Shown: positions 33,930 through 44,560 of the stretch, one piece after another | Position numbering within the stretch: the stretch's first letter is position 1 | How the letters are laid out: the number at the start of each line of letters is the position of its first letter | Origin: Bacilli bacterium | GTDB lineage: Bacteria; Bacillota_I; Bacilli_A; RFN20; CAG-826 | Length of the DNA stretch: 53,883 bases | Assembly (NCBI GenBank): GCA_045615545.1 | Contig: JAZLFA010000032.1 | Coordinates: 1 to 53,883, forward strand | Direction: 5' to 3' | Notes under the pieces: generated by a model | What the model saw: the letters and a program-made list of their open reading frames with translations, nothing else | Databases searched by the model: none | What the model was told of the DNA's origin: nothing | Position numbers and translations under genes: made by a program

Positions 33930-36923
33930 CTATTTACCTCTATAGAATATGATGATTGAACCACCAGTATTCTTATCAAAATTACCTAGATTGACTGTTT
34001 TATTATCAGTGTCGTAGTTGGTATTACCAAATTGATATAATGGCTTACCACATTTTGGTACGTCACCAAATCCGGTATAACTCCACCATCTACCACTTAA
34101 GAAGATGAAATATTCATCTAATTGGAATCCACCAGAACCATAGTAATTATTGTTATCTTTATCTTTACCACACCAGTAAATATTATCAATAGGATTGCCC
34201 GCGCTTGTTTTCGCGTACGGGAATGTTTCTTCGTAAGGGAATTTCTTCATTGTACTATGAAGTTTAACAGCCTTAACAAACGCATCGAAGTAACCAGTTG
34301 TATCAACGCCGTTTATACTTAATTTGTTACCCCATTTGAATGAGTTAACTTTAAGTGGAGCGTTGTATGAGTTATGGGAAACTGGTTTTCCATACATAAT
34401 CTCATATGTTTTTTTAGTAACTTGATCAACACAATCACTTGGAATAGTTTTAGTTCTAAATATTTCTTCACCACCAAGCATAAATGCAGCGCAGTTACTA
34501 GCCATAATCATCGCATGAGCGGAGGTACTGGCATCTAAAACTGCTTTTGTTTCAGGAGCCTTACCTTTTACTGTGTCACCTAATGTGTAATAAAGTTGAT
34601 CGTATAATGTCCAGTTATCGTGACATGATGCATAATTAACAGTTTGATTTGGATTACCACCAACTCCACTATGGATGCCCCATAGAGCTTCTGCAACTTT
34701 TTGAGCATCTTCTGGAGATGCATCTCCACCTTTTTGCATAAAGCCAAATCCTGGAAGAGCGCTTGTGCTACCCCATCCACCATCGTTACCGCCTCTAATC
34801 GCATTTCTACCTGCATCATTAAAGCCGCCTAAATAACATGTTTCAGCTTTATCATTATATAGTTGACTATAAACTTGATTGCCTAAACCATTACAGCAGA
34901 ATGTACCTTCGGTAGGTTTACCATCTTGATCAACTCCACCATGATAGCCTCCAGCTGTCCATCCTTCACCATAAATGTAAATATCAGGATCAATTGCCCA
35001 GCAAGCATCTTTAATTGCTTTCATCGTTCCGACATCAATTAAACCCATAAGGTCAAATCTAAAGCCTTTAATTTTATATTCTTTTGCCCACCAAGTCACG
35101 CTATCAACAATAAATTTACGCATCATCTTAGCTTCACTTCTTACTTCATTTGAACAACCACTTCCATCATAGTATTCTCCTTCAGGAGTGAAACGGAAAT
35201 AATATCTTGGCATGATTAATTCAAAATTGGAGCCGGAAGCACTACTAACGTGGTTATAAACAACGTCCATAATGACACGTGTGTGTACGTTAGTTTTACT
35301 TAATTGCATAATAAGGTTTTTATATTCTTTTATACGAACGGTACCATCGTATGGGTCGCTAGAATAAGCACCTTCTACACAGTTATAGTTAAGAGGATTA
35401 TATCCCCAGTTATATTTGTTTTGTTCTTTGATTTCGTTATTATCGTGATCAAATACTGGTTGTAATTGAACAGCGTTAACACCTAATTGATTTAAGTGAT
35501 CATAACCAGTTGAAATTTCATTATGATCTTTTAAATGTGTACCTTTTTCAACGAAAGCATTATAAGTTCCATTTTCTTCTGTGCCATTCCAAGATTTATC
35601 GCCTGTAAAATCTTGAACATGGACTTCATAAATGCTTAAATCTTGTGGAGACTTAATATCGTATCCTTTTAATCCGTCCCATTTAGCAGGAACTTGTGAC
35701 CAACCAGCAGGGTTAGTTTTACTTGTATCATAGATAAGCCCACGAACACCGTTAAGACCAACACCTTTTGCGTATGGATCAACAACTTCGTTAGTGCCAG
35801 CAGAATTATCAACAACGAAAGTATAATATCTGCCTTCAAGATTACTATATGTTTGGAATGCCCAAACTCCACCAGGTTGATATGTCATATGGTATGAGAA
35901 ATAGTTATTATCTCCTCCATAATCAGCAGAAGTACCATTATCATAAAGTCGTAATGTAACATTACTTGCAGTAGGAGCCCACAACTTAATGGTTGTGTCA
36001 TTTGGGGAATATTTAACACCCAAATCATCACCTTCATAACAATATAACTCATTGAATCTAGGGGTATTGTATAAACCAGTAGAAACAACAAATGTTGTCT
36101 TTGTTAAGTCCATTGTAGAACTTAAATCTTTAGAAACGATTTGATATGTAATATTAATATGAGCATTATATTTAAGTTTAATATCAAATGTTTTTCCGCT
36201 TCCCTTACCTTCTAACACCAAGTATTCCTTTAAGTGTTGTTCTCTTTCTTTTTCATCAATCTTGAAATAGACTTCAGTTAAAGCGTACATTTGATAGCTA
36301 ACTTCTCCTGGTGCAGTATTGGTGCAGGTAATAGTTTTCCAATCAGTAAATTCTGCATACTTAATACCTTCAACGTGGATTTCAGCTTCTGTATCAAAGA
36401 TTGAAATACCACCACCAGTAGCAGGCATTGTCCAAACTTCAACTACACCATCCTTTGGTTGGTGTTTTGTGTAGTCAAGTTTAATATCAATTGATTGTCC
36501 ACCCCAGTTTTCATCAGTATCACTCTTTTTCTTGAATTTAACGATGAACATAAGGTTACTTTTTCCCGCTAAATGTGAATATTTTTCATCACTAAAATCG
36601 ACATTTAATGTCATATCTTCGCCATTATTAGTGACTTCGTCAGGATTAAATTCTTTACCATTGACTCCAGTTACCCAGAGGTAGAAAGCTCTACCACCGC
36701 AATCACCTTTATCATTGTGATAATGGAGAATGACTTTTTTAACATCAGGGATATCTTCCCCTGTGCTTGCTTTTGCAATCGGCTTATTGATGTCTGTTGC
36801 CACTAAATCTTTATATGTTAATTCATCAACAAATTTTTCTTTTTGATTAGAGGAAACACCACTGCAGCCTGAAATCAGCATAGCCGCCAATCCAAGCATT
36901 AATATGTTTTTAACTTTTTTCAT
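33930..36923 (-). CDS. pullulanase (GH13) lipoprotein with N-terminal CBM-like domains
   Basis: Lipobox ISGC. YNWGYNPLNYN, MDVVYNHV, GFRFDLMG, YGEGW, ASCHDN. RBS AAGGAG. Confidence 0.9.
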   Translation of the reverse strand: MKKVKNILMLGLAAMLISGCSGVSSNQKEKFVDELTYKDLVATDINKPIAKASTGEDIPDVKKVILHYHNDKGDCGGRAFYLWVTGVNGKEFNPDEVTNNGEDMTLNVDFSDEKYSHLAGKSNLMFIVKFKKKSDTDENWGGQSIDIKLDYTKHQPKDGVVEVWTMPATGGGISIFDTEAEIHVEGIKYAEFTDWKTITCTNTAPGEVSYQMYALTEVYFKIDEKEREQHLKEYLVLEGKGSGKTFDIKLKYNAHINITYQIVSKDLSSTMDLTKTTFVVSTGLYNTPRFNELYCYEGDDLGVKYSPNDTTIKLWAPTASNVTLRLYDNGTSADYGGDNNYFSYHMTYQPGGVWAFQTYSNLEGRYYTFVVDNSAGTNEVVDPYAKGVGLNGVRGLIYDTSKTNPAGWSQVPAKWDGLKGYDIKSPQDLSIYEVHVQDFTGDKSWNGTEENGTYNAFVEKGTHLKDHNEISTGYDHLNQLGVNAVQLQPVFDHDNNEIKEQNKYNWGYNPLNYNCVEGAYSSDPYDGTVRIKEYKNLIMQLSKTNVHTRVIMDVVYNHVSSASGSNFELIMPRYYFRFTPEGEYYDGSGCSNEVRSEAKMMRKFIVDSVTWWAKEYKIKGFRFDLMGLIDVGTMKAIKDACWAIDPDIYIYGEGWTAGGYHGGVDQDGKPTEGTFCCNGLGNQVYSQLYNDKAETCYLGGFNDAGRNAIRGGNDGGWGSTSALPGFGFMQKGGDASPEDAQKVAEALWGIHSGVGGNPNQTVNYASCHDNWTLYDQLYYTLGDTVKGKAPETKAVLDASTSAHAMIMASNCAAFMLGGEEIFRTKTIPSDCVDQVTKKTYEIMYGKPVSHNSYNAPLKVNSFKWGNKLSINGVDTTGYFDAFVKAVKLHSTMKKFPYEETFPYAKTSAGNPIDNIYWCGKDKDNNNYYGSGGFQLDEYFIFLSGRWWSYTGFGDVPKCGKPLYQFGNTNYDTDNKTVNLGNFDKNTGGSIIIFYRGK

Positions 36924-36946
36924 ACTAACACTCCTTTCTTATATAT

Positions 36947-39673
36947 TTATTTAGTTTTTAATAAGATTGCACTTCTTGCAGGAATGCTTGTCTTGCTAGC
37001 ACCATTAAAGCTAGCTACGACTGTACCAGGTAATCCTGCTTCTAATTTATTACTACCAAGATTAACTACTACTTGATATTCTTCATTTCCAAGTTTACGG
37101 AGGAAGTTAAGAACATACTGTTCGCTACCCCAGTTATATGGAACAAAGTTACCTTTAATTAAGGCTGGTGTAGTACCTTTTGCTTTTGCGAAAGCTTTAA
37201 TTGCTTCGTAGTGGCTACCTGTCTTTCCTTTTTGAGCTGAAACAGGAGCGACTGTATTTGTGGAGTTAATTTCATCCCATTTAACAGTCATCGCACTACC
37301 AGTAACGTTATAATCTGTAGTATATATGCCATCCGCATCAGCTGTCTTATTATCGTTCATCCATTTCATTGGTTGACGATACCATAAATCAGCATAGCCT
37401 GTATTAGCGTCTGTTCCTTGTGGGAAGTTGCCTGTCATACCAATTTCATCACCATAATAAATCCAAGTACATCCAGGAAGCATTAATTCCGCAATTTCAA
37501 CACAGGTTGCTAATTGGTCTAAAGTTTTGTAATTACTTGTAGATACATTACCTTGTGCTTCTAGTCCATCTGGAGTCCATTTATTACCCGCAATTCTATT
37601 GATTGCTCTAGCAATATCGTGGTTAGAAGTGAACGAACCAGAAATCATATCATAGCCAGTTGTGGTATTTTCACCTAATTTTGAACCACCACGATATTGG
37701 TTATTTGTATTATAGACATCTCTTAAGTTCCAAGAACCGCCATATTTAATTGTACTGGTCTTATTACCCTTAAGTGCACTATCAGAATTAGCGCTATATG
37801 GGTTACCATATTGAGTATTGTAATCACCTAAGAAGTCTTTTGCGCTTAAAGCAAAGGCGCCACTGCTACCATTACGGAAGCTACGTGCTGCAATACTTGT
37901 TAAGTTAAAGTATGAATAGAAATCAAATAAGGAATCAAATCCTCCATAGTATGGTGCAACGTGATAAGCATGGCCATCAAAGTTTTCACCAACAAAGAAG
38001 GCATTAGGATATACTTTCTTTACTTCATAATTAAGTTCATTCCAGAAGTGTAAGTTCTTGGTAATGTTGCTTGAATAGTTACCAGATTCACTTACATCCG
38101 AAACAATTGTATCATTTGCGTCTGCTTTAACTTCATCTTCCATAAAGATGTGTTTAACAGCATCCATACGGAAACCATCAACACCGATGGAACACCAATT
38201 AAGCGCCATAGAAAGAACAGCGGCTCTTGTAGATACATAAGCATAGTTAAGTTCAGGCATTTGACTACCAAACTTAGCATAATAGCTATATACATGGTCA
38301 CCATATGGGTACCAGTAATTATCTTGATTAATAACAGATTTGTCCTTTACGTTATTGCCCCATTGATAATAACCTCTATGTGTTTCATCAAGTTTAGCAC
38401 TCTTAATAAACCAGTTATTAGTTGTAGATGTATGGTTAAGGACTAAGTCCATAATAACTGCCATACCATTTTCATGGGCAACTTTTAATAATTCTTTATA
38501 GTCTTCCATAGCACTATTAGAGTCAACAAATCCGTTATGTGATCTTGAATAGGTAGATTCCTTACTACCAAATTTAGGATCAACTTGTGTGTAATCACTA
38601 ATATCATAGCCATGATAAGAAACAGATAATTGAATTGGGGTTAACCATAAAACGTTAACACCTAAGTCTTTTAAATATGGAATCTTTTTAGTAATACCAT
38701 AGATATCACCAGATCCATCTTTATCACTATCAGCAAAGCTGGACACCATAATTTGATATCCAACACCAGCACCTTTAGCTAAGCTAGAACCATTACCACC
38801 ACTTAAGAAAGCAGGTGAAGTTTTAGCAACTGGCTTTTTATCATTCCACTTAACATTGGAATATTCAGCTTTACCATATGTGTATTTTTCACCAGTATCA
38901 CCATCAAATGGGTCCTCATTTGTAGCTGGAGGAGTCATTGTTGGTTCAGGAACTTTATCTTGTGTAAAGAAGATATGATATGAGGTTGTACCATTTGTAT
39001 TAGTCATTGCATATTTAGATAATTCAAAGGTAACGTCGCCACCATCATTGCTCCAGAATTTAGAAGCAGTTTTTCTTGTGGCACTCATAACAATTTGAAC
39101 ACCAACTTCGGTATCTAATGTTTTGCCATCTTTTTGATAGAAGTTAGATGGAGTACCACCGATAGTTTTCTTTGTGTTATTCCATCCACCATTAAATTGA
39201 AGTGTTAAATCAATATCAGCATGAACGTAACCAAATGGATCAATAACTGCATCACCAGTTGCGCTCATTCTATCAGCAGAAGTTGTTCTTCCGAACCAGT
39301 CAAAGTTATAACCTTCGCCAGCTCTAGGTTTGTATGGCCAACACCAAACATCCCATTGATTATAATCAACAGTCGTTTGAGCGTATCTATAGTAGTGAAC
39401 ATATAAGTGATCGCCAGCCGAAGTGTTCTTGAGATTATTCATGTAATCTTTAATTTCTTCTTCGGTATGACCAGGTTGCACTGGTGTAGAGCTCGAAGAA
39501 ACCGGTCCTACAGTTGAACTATCTTTTTTGTCACTAGAAGATTCAGGTCTTGTTGACTCGCTAGTTTTGCTACTACCGCTTGTACTTTCCGAACTAGACG
39601 AAACAACAGGCCCAGTACAGGATCCAAGAGCAAGGATAGACAAAAGAGTAAGTAAAATAATACTTTTTTTCAT
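36947..39673 (-). CDS. large GH13 alpha-amylase lipoprotein
   Basis: Lipobox LGSC plus a Ser-rich linker. DLVLNHTS, GFRMDAVKH, VGENF, FTSNHDIAR. RBS GAGGAGA. Confidence 0.85.
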   Translation of the reverse strand: MKKSIILLTLLSILALGSCTGPVVSSSSESTSGSSKTSESTRPESSSDKKDSSTVGPVSSSSTPVQPGHTEEEIKDYMNNLKNTSAGDHLYVHYYRYAQTTVDYNQWDVWCWPYKPRAGEGYNFDWFGRTTSADRMSATGDAVIDPFGYVHADIDLTLQFNGGWNNTKKTIGGTPSNFYQKDGKTLDTEVGVQIVMSATRKTASKFWSNDGGDVTFELSKYAMTNTNGTTSYHIFFTQDKVPEPTMTPPATNEDPFDGDTGEKYTYGKAEYSNVKWNDKKPVAKTSPAFLSGGNGSSLAKGAGVGYQIMVSSFADSDKDGSGDIYGITKKIPYLKDLGVNVLWLTPIQLSVSYHGYDISDYTQVDPKFGSKESTYSRSHNGFVDSNSAMEDYKELLKVAHENGMAVIMDLVLNHTSTTNNWFIKSAKLDETHRGYYQWGNNVKDKSVINQDNYWYPYGDHVYSYYAKFGSQMPELNYAYVSTRAAVLSMALNWCSIGVDGFRMDAVKHIFMEDEVKADANDTIVSDVSESGNYSSNITKNLHFWNELNYEVKKVYPNAFFVGENFDGHAYHVAPYYGGFDSLFDFYSYFNLTSIAARSFRNGSSGAFALSAKDFLGDYNTQYGNPYSANSDSALKGNKTSTIKYGGSWNLRDVYNTNNQYRGGSKLGENTTTGYDMISGSFTSNHDIARAINRIAGNKWTPDGLEAQGNVSTSNYKTLDQLATCVEIAELMLPGCTWIYYGDEIGMTGNFPQGTDANTGYADLWYRQPMKWMNDNKTADADGIYTTDYNVTGSAMTVKWDEINSTNTVAPVSAQKGKTGSHYEAIKAFAKAKGTTPALIKGNFVPYNWGSEQYVLNFLRKLGNEEYQVVVNLGSNKLEAGLPGTVVASFNGASKTSIPARSAILLKTK

Positions 39674-39707
39674 ACACGTCTCCTCATGTATTTATATATA
39701 TTAAAAT

Positions 39708-39735
39708 GTTATACTTTTTAACGTATGCGTGTCAA
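39708..39735 (-). promoter_or_regulatory. promoter of the amylase-pullulanase operon
   Basis: Minus strand reads TTGACA - 16 nt - TATAAC. Confidence 0.5.
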
Positions 39736-39786
39736 ATATCACGAATATGCGAGCGAAATGTTTAAAAATATATTTTTAAATAAATA

Positions 39787-40545
39787 TTAATTTTTATATT
39801 TTTTTCTACGTTCATTTGAAATTAAAATTTCATCAAACGAAAATTCACCAAGTTCACTTGATTCTTTAACAAGTTCTTTTACATCTTTTGGTAAGCATGA
39901 TCCACCCCAACCATGTCCAGGGGTGTTATATGTATCACCAATACGTGGATCAAAACCCAGTCCACGAATTACCTCAGAAGAGTTAACACCTTTAAGTTCA
40001 GCAAATGTATCAAGCTCATTAAAGAAAGATAAACGCATTGCAAGATAGGCATTAGAAAATAATTTAATAGCTTCTGCTTCCTTTAACCCTGTAATAACAA
40101 AGTTATTTTTTCCGAACAATGACATATATTTGTTGATACCTTGTAAAGTAGGATCAATTGTTCCAATTACAATTCTGGAAGGATTTTTTATATCCTCTAA
40201 GGCATTTTGTTGTCTTAAAAATTCAGGTGACGCGAATATCCTTTTATAATCATATTTTTTAATCAAATTTAAAGTAAATCCAATTGGCACTGTTGACTTG
40301 ATTACAATATCTATATCTCTATTATTCTCCAATATTTCACTAATACATGATTCAACTTTGCTTGTATCCAAGCCTTGAATTTCCTCATTAAAAGGAGTTT
40401 CGACACATATCAAGGCTAAATCGTAACTTCCATTCTCGAATTTCTTTTCAAACTTTGGATCAACACAAAAGACCTTGTGCTGATCTTTTAAATAATTAAG
40501 ATAAGCACTACCAACATTGCCAAGTCCAAAGATTACAATTTTCAT
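39787..40545 (-). CDS. nucleotide-sugar dehydrogenase lacking the C-terminal UDP-binding domain (possibly truncated)
   Basis: Rossmann motif KIVIFGLGNVG and catalytic-Cys motif GGSCLPKD. Only ~252 aa, whereas my recollection for UDP-Glc/ManNAc dehydrogenases is ~390-420 aa. The start overlaps the upstream stop as ATGA. Confidence 0.6.
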   Translation of the reverse strand: MKIVIFGLGNVGSAYLNYLKDQHKVFCVDPKFEKKFENGSYDLALICVETPFNEEIQGLDTSKVESCISEILENNRDIDIVIKSTVPIGFTLNLIKKYDYKRIFASPEFLRQQNALEDIKNPSRIVIGTIDPTLQGINKYMSLFGKNNFVITGLKEAEAIKLFSNAYLAMRLSFFNELDTFAELKGVNSSEVIRGLGFDPRIGDTYNTPGHGWGGSCLPKDVKELVKESSELGEFSFDEILISNERRKKYKN

Positions 40546-41660
40546 TTGAGCCAAATTTCTTTATTAACAACATCAATATATTTTTTAATTATATCTACAA
40601 CCGTTTTACTAACATGTGGTTTGTCATAATTTTCAGGAGTAGAAGCAAATTTATAACGAAGCAATTCACTTTCAATCGCAAGTTTAATTCCTTCTTCATC
40701 AATACCTGAAACAATAATTGAACCAGCTTCAACTCCTTCTGGTCTTTCAGTACTAGTTCTAATTAATACAGCAGGGAAATGAAACATTGCGCTTTCTTCA
40801 GTTAATGTTCCAGAATCACTTAAACAAATAAATGCTTCTTTTTGTAATTTTACATATTCAATAAAACCTAATGGTTTAACATTTCTTACAAGTGGGTGCA
40901 TCTTAAATCCACGTTCTTCGAGTTTCTTTTTGGTACGAGGATGAGTGGAAAAGATGATAGGTAATTGATATTTTTCCGCGATAGCATTAATTGCAGGCAT
41001 AAGTTTATTAAAGTTCTTTTCAATATCGATATTTTCTTCTCTATGCGAGGAGACAACGATATATTTACCTTTTTCTAAACCAAATTCACTCAACACATTG
41101 CTTTTTTCAATTGCATCCATATGTGCATTTAGTACTTCAAGCATTGGAGAGCCAGTTATAAAACGATATCTTTCTTCAATACCTTCTTTCGCTAAGTTAG
41201 CATTGGCGTGTTCTGTGTAGGGTAAGTTAATATCACTTATATGATCCACTATTTTTCTATTAATTGTCTCCGGAACATTCCAATCTCCACATCGATTGCC
41301 AGCCTCCATATGGAAAATAGGGCATTTAAGACGTTTTGCAGATATTGCGCATAACGCACTATTGGTGTCTCCGAGAATTAAAACAGCATCTGGTTTAAGC
41401 TTAACTAATAATTCATAACTTTTAGCGATTGCGTTACCTATTGTTTCGCCTAAATCTTTGCCAACACAACCTAAATAATAATCTGGGCTTCTTAAACCAA
41501 GTTCCTCAAAGAAAATTTGGTTCAATTCGTAATCATAATTTTGACCCGTATGAACTAAAATATGTTCAAACTCTTTATCACAGGCTTTAATAACTTCACT
41601 CAACCTAATAATCTCAGGGCGAGTACCAATAATAGTAACTAATCTAATTTTCTTTTCCAT
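40542..41660 (-). CDS. capG: UDP-N-acetylglucosamine 2-epimerase, non-hydrolysing (CapG/FnlC type)
   Basis: 372 aa with LVTIIGTRPEIIRLS and family layout. Sits in the operon after CapE/CapF-like genes. Confidence 0.8.
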   Translation of the reverse strand: MEKKIRLVTIIGTRPEIIRLSEVIKACDKEFEHILVHTGQNYDYELNQIFFEELGLRSPDYYLGCVGKDLGETIGNAIAKSYELLVKLKPDAVLILGDTNSALCAISAKRLKCPIFHMEAGNRCGDWNVPETINRKIVDHISDINLPYTEHANANLAKEGIEERYRFITGSPMLEVLNAHMDAIEKSNVLSEFGLEKGKYIVVSSHREENIDIEKNFNKLMPAINAIAEKYQLPIIFSTHPRTKKKLEERGFKMHPLVRNVKPLGFIEYVKLQKEAFICLSDSGTLTEESAMFHFPAVLIRTSTERPEGVEAGSIIVSGIDEEGIKLAIESELLRYKFASTPENYDKPHVSKTVVDIIKKYIDVVNKEIWLK

Positions 41661-41662
41661 AG

Positions 41663-42748
41663 TTAGACCACCTCAAAATATGTATCAGGATGCTCTGGAT
41701 CAAATAGTTCACTTGACCACATAATAACAACAGCGTCGGTATTGCCAATGTTAGTTATGTTATGAGTAAATCCTGGAATAATATCAACAATTTTTACGCA
41801 ATTTCCGCTTGTTTTAATAGAAATTGTTTCCGTTGTGCCAATTTTTCTTTGTTTAATTTCACACTCACCAGAGGCAACAATAAATTTCTCATTCTTAGTG
41901 TGATGATAATGATTACCTTTTGTAATTCCTGGTTTAATTACGTTAATACTTGTTTGTCCAAAACCAGGTGTTTTATATAGTTCAGTAAACGATCCCCTAT
42001 CATCAGTATGAGGAATAACATCATAACTAAAATCACTACCATCTAAATATGTTAAATAAGTAGCATATAGTTTCTTAACAAAACCGGCTTGGAAAGGAAT
42101 TGTATAATCTTTTCTTGAACCTTTAAATGATAAAATTAAATCTGCTATCTCTTTTGGGGTAGCGCGATATGAATTTTTAAACTCAGTAATAAGTCCTTGA
42201 TTAACTTTTCCATATAAAATATCGATAAATAAATCAATTAAATCATCAATATATAAGAAAGAAATAGGATTAGCGTCTTTATTAACATTAATTTCGATAT
42301 TATGGGCAACATTGTAACAAAAAGTTGCAACCACAGAGTTATAATTTGGACGACACCATTTACCAAATAAGTTAGGACATCTACAAACATATACAGGTAG
42401 GTTAGAGTTTAATAATAAATCTTCTGCTTCTTTTTTGCTTTTTCCATATTCATTATCGAGCAAAGCTTGGGTTGAACTAGTAAATACAATAGGAATATGG
42501 ATACCAGTCTTCTTTTCAGCAGTTATAAGATCATTTGTTAAAGAATAGTTCTGATTAAAATCTTTGTTATCCTTTGGGCGATTAACGCCTGCTAAATGGA
42601 AAACAAAATCTGCTTGATAAATAAATTTGACTAAATCTTCATAATTATTTTCTTTATCAAAACTAAAAACTTCGTGACCAAGAAAAGATAATCTAGCAAT
42701 TAAGTTAGATCCTACAAACCCTTTTGCACCCGTTACTAATATTTTCAT
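41663..42748 (-). CDS. capF: CapF/FnlB-type bifunctional SDR-cupin (UDP-L-FucNAc pathway)
   Basis: N-terminal ILVTGAKGFVGSNL Rossmann motif and a C-terminal cupin-like domain (..KGNHYHHTKNEKF..). 361 aa. Confidence 0.75.
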   Translation of the reverse strand: MKILVTGAKGFVGSNLIARLSFLGHEVFSFDKENNYEDLVKFIYQADFVFHLAGVNRPKDNKDFNQNYSLTNDLITAEKKTGIHIPIVFTSSTQALLDNEYGKSKKEAEDLLLNSNLPVYVCRCPNLFGKWCRPNYNSVVATFCYNVAHNIEINVNKDANPISFLYIDDLIDLFIDILYGKVNQGLITEFKNSYRATPKEIADLILSFKGSRKDYTIPFQAGFVKKLYATYLTYLDGSDFSYDVIPHTDDRGSFTELYKTPGFGQTSINVIKPGITKGNHYHHTKNEKFIVASGECEIKQRKIGTTETISIKTSGNCVKIVDIIPGFTHNITNIGNTDAVVIMWSSELFDPEHPDTYFEVV

Positions 42749-42750
42749 AA

Positions 42751-43752
42751 TTATTTAAATAAAGTTAATTTCTTAAGAAGCTTTTTCATTCCTTCAATAT
42801 CTAGTCTTTCGGTATTATGGGAATGATAGCTTTCGTTTAAATCAATATGTTTATTTCCTTTTTCAACATATTTGTCATAATTTAAATCCCTATTATCAGC
42901 AGAGATTTTAAAGAATCCACCTAGGTCAACACTTCTGACCATTTCTTCTGAGGTGACTAATACTTCATATAATTTTTCACCATGACGTGTGCCTATATAT
43001 TCAACGCCATATGGACTTCCGGTTAATTCAAGGACAGCTTTAGCAAGTGTATCAATAGTTGCAGCTGGAGCCTTTTGAACAAAGAGGTCTCCTTGTTCTC
43101 CATGCTCGAATGCATAGAGCACTAAATCGACAGCATCTTCAAGTGTCATCATGAATCTTGTCATATCGGGATTTGTAACAGTTATTGGCTTTTTAGCGGC
43201 GATTTGCTCTAAAAATAATGGAATAACACTACCACGACTTGCCATAACATTTCCATATCTCGTCAAACACAAAACTGTGTCGCCAGGGAGTAATTGTCTA
43301 CTTCTTGCGATAACGTTCTTTTCCATTAATGCTTTGGAAATTCCCATCGCATTTACTGGATAAGCTGCTTTATCGGTAGAAAGGAATATTGCCTTTTTAA
43401 CATGATTTGTAACACATGCTGTAATAGCATTATCACTGCCAAGAACATTAGTCTTAACTGCTTCAAGTGGATAAAATTCACAAGAAGGTACTTGTTTTAA
43501 TGCTGCAGCATGGAATACATAATCAACACCAATAAATGCATTAGAGATGGAATTATAATCTCTAACATCTCCGATGTAGAATTTTAATTTATCACTTTGA
43601 TATTGCTTTCGCATATCATCTTGTTTCTTTTCATCTCTAGATAAAATTCTAATTTCTTTAATATCTGTTTTTAAAAAACGATCAACGACCGCATGTCCAA
43701 AACTACCAGTTCCACCAGTAATAAGGAGTGTTTTGCCTTTTAAATTTAACAT
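42751..43752 (-). CDS. capE: CapE/FnlA-type UDP-GlcNAc 4,6-dehydratase/5-epimerase
   Basis: LLITGGTGSFG, ...FYIGDVRD.., 333 aa. Confidence 0.8.
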   Translation of the reverse strand: MLNLKGKTLLITGGTGSFGHAVVDRFLKTDIKEIRILSRDEKKQDDMRKQYQSDKLKFYIGDVRDYNSISNAFIGVDYVFHAAALKQVPSCEFYPLEAVKTNVLGSDNAITACVTNHVKKAIFLSTDKAAYPVNAMGISKALMEKNVIARSRQLLPGDTVLCLTRYGNVMASRGSVIPLFLEQIAAKKPITVTNPDMTRFMMTLEDAVDLVLYAFEHGEQGDLFVQKAPAATIDTLAKAVLELTGSPYGVEYIGTRHGEKLYEVLVTSEEMVRSVDLGGFFKISADNRDLNYDKYVEKGNKHIDLNESYHSHNTERLDIEGMKKLLKKLTLFK

Positions 43753-43840
43753 AAAATCACCTCGAGGATATTTTCTTTGCTAGATAATTATAATACAAAT
43801 TATCTATATAATATAGAGCAAGTGGTGTAAAATAGCGATT

Positions 43841-44560
43841 ATGAATAAATACGAAATTTTAAAAAGCATGATTGATCACTCAAAGAATATCGTCTTCTTC
43901 ACAGGTGCCGGTATATCTGTTCCAAGCGGAATTCCAGATTTTAGAAGTGATAGAGGGATATATAAAGATGCATATAAAGGTCTATCACCAGAACAAATAA
44001 TTTCGCATTCTTTTTATGTTGAAAACAAAGATCTGTTTTATGATTTTTATAAAAATAAAATGATGTTTATGAATGCAACACCTAATATTGCCCATTACTA
44101 TATATCTTCTTTACAAGATAGTAAGAACATTACTGTTGTTACTCAAAACATTGATGGATTACATAGTATGGCAGGAACTAGAAAAGTTATTGAACTCCAT
44201 GGCTCAATCCATAGAAACTATTGCGAAAAATGTGGCGCCTTTTATGATGGCAATTTTATAAAAAATTCAAACGGTGTACCTAAATGTTCGCGTTGTGGAG
44301 GCGACGTTAAACCTGACGTTGTTCTATATGAAGAACCACTTAACGAAGAAGCTATACAAAATGCAATCGAAGCAATAGTTAGAGCAGACACATTAATTGT
44401 GATTGGAACTAGTTTAGTTGTTTATCCAGCAGCAGGCTTTTTACGTTATTTTAAAGGCAATGCATTAATTGTAATAAATAAAGACGAAACTGCATACGAT
44501 AATATGTGTGATTTGGTAATAAATGAAGATATCACAAAAGTTGTTAAGGAAATACTATGA
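43841..44560 (+). CDS. cobB: NAD-dependent protein deacylase (Sir2/CobB family)
   Basis: FFTGAGISVPSGIPDFRS, QNIDGLH, and a CEKC...CSRC zinc ribbon. 239 aa. Confidence 0.85.
   Translation: MNKYEILKSMIDHSKNIVFFTGAGISVPSGIPDFRSDRGIYKDAYKGLSPEQIISHSFYVENKDLFYDFYKNKMMFMNATPNIAHYYISSLQDSKNITVVTQNIDGLHSMAGTRKVIELHGSIHRNYCEKCGAFYDGNFIKNSNGVPKCSRCGGDVKPDVVLYEEPLNEEAIQNAIEAIVRADTLIVIGTSLVVYPAAGFLRYFKGNALIVINKDETAYDNMCDLVINEDITKVVKEIL

Noticed and set aside
13040-39620. Ser/Thr-rich nucleotide tracts near the 5' ends of the lipoprotein genes as tandem DNA repeats or contingency loci
   Set aside because: They are imperfect, codon-heterogeneous low-complexity linkers after the lipobox Cys. They are not exact nucleotide repeats.
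43841-44560. Sir2 domain as a defence effector (Thoeris ThsA, DSR or SIR2-HerA type)
   Set aside because: It is a short (239 aa) canonical CobB with an intact GAGISxxSGIPDFR motif and a four-Cys zinc ribbon. It has no SLOG, HerA or other partner, and it sits among housekeeping genes.
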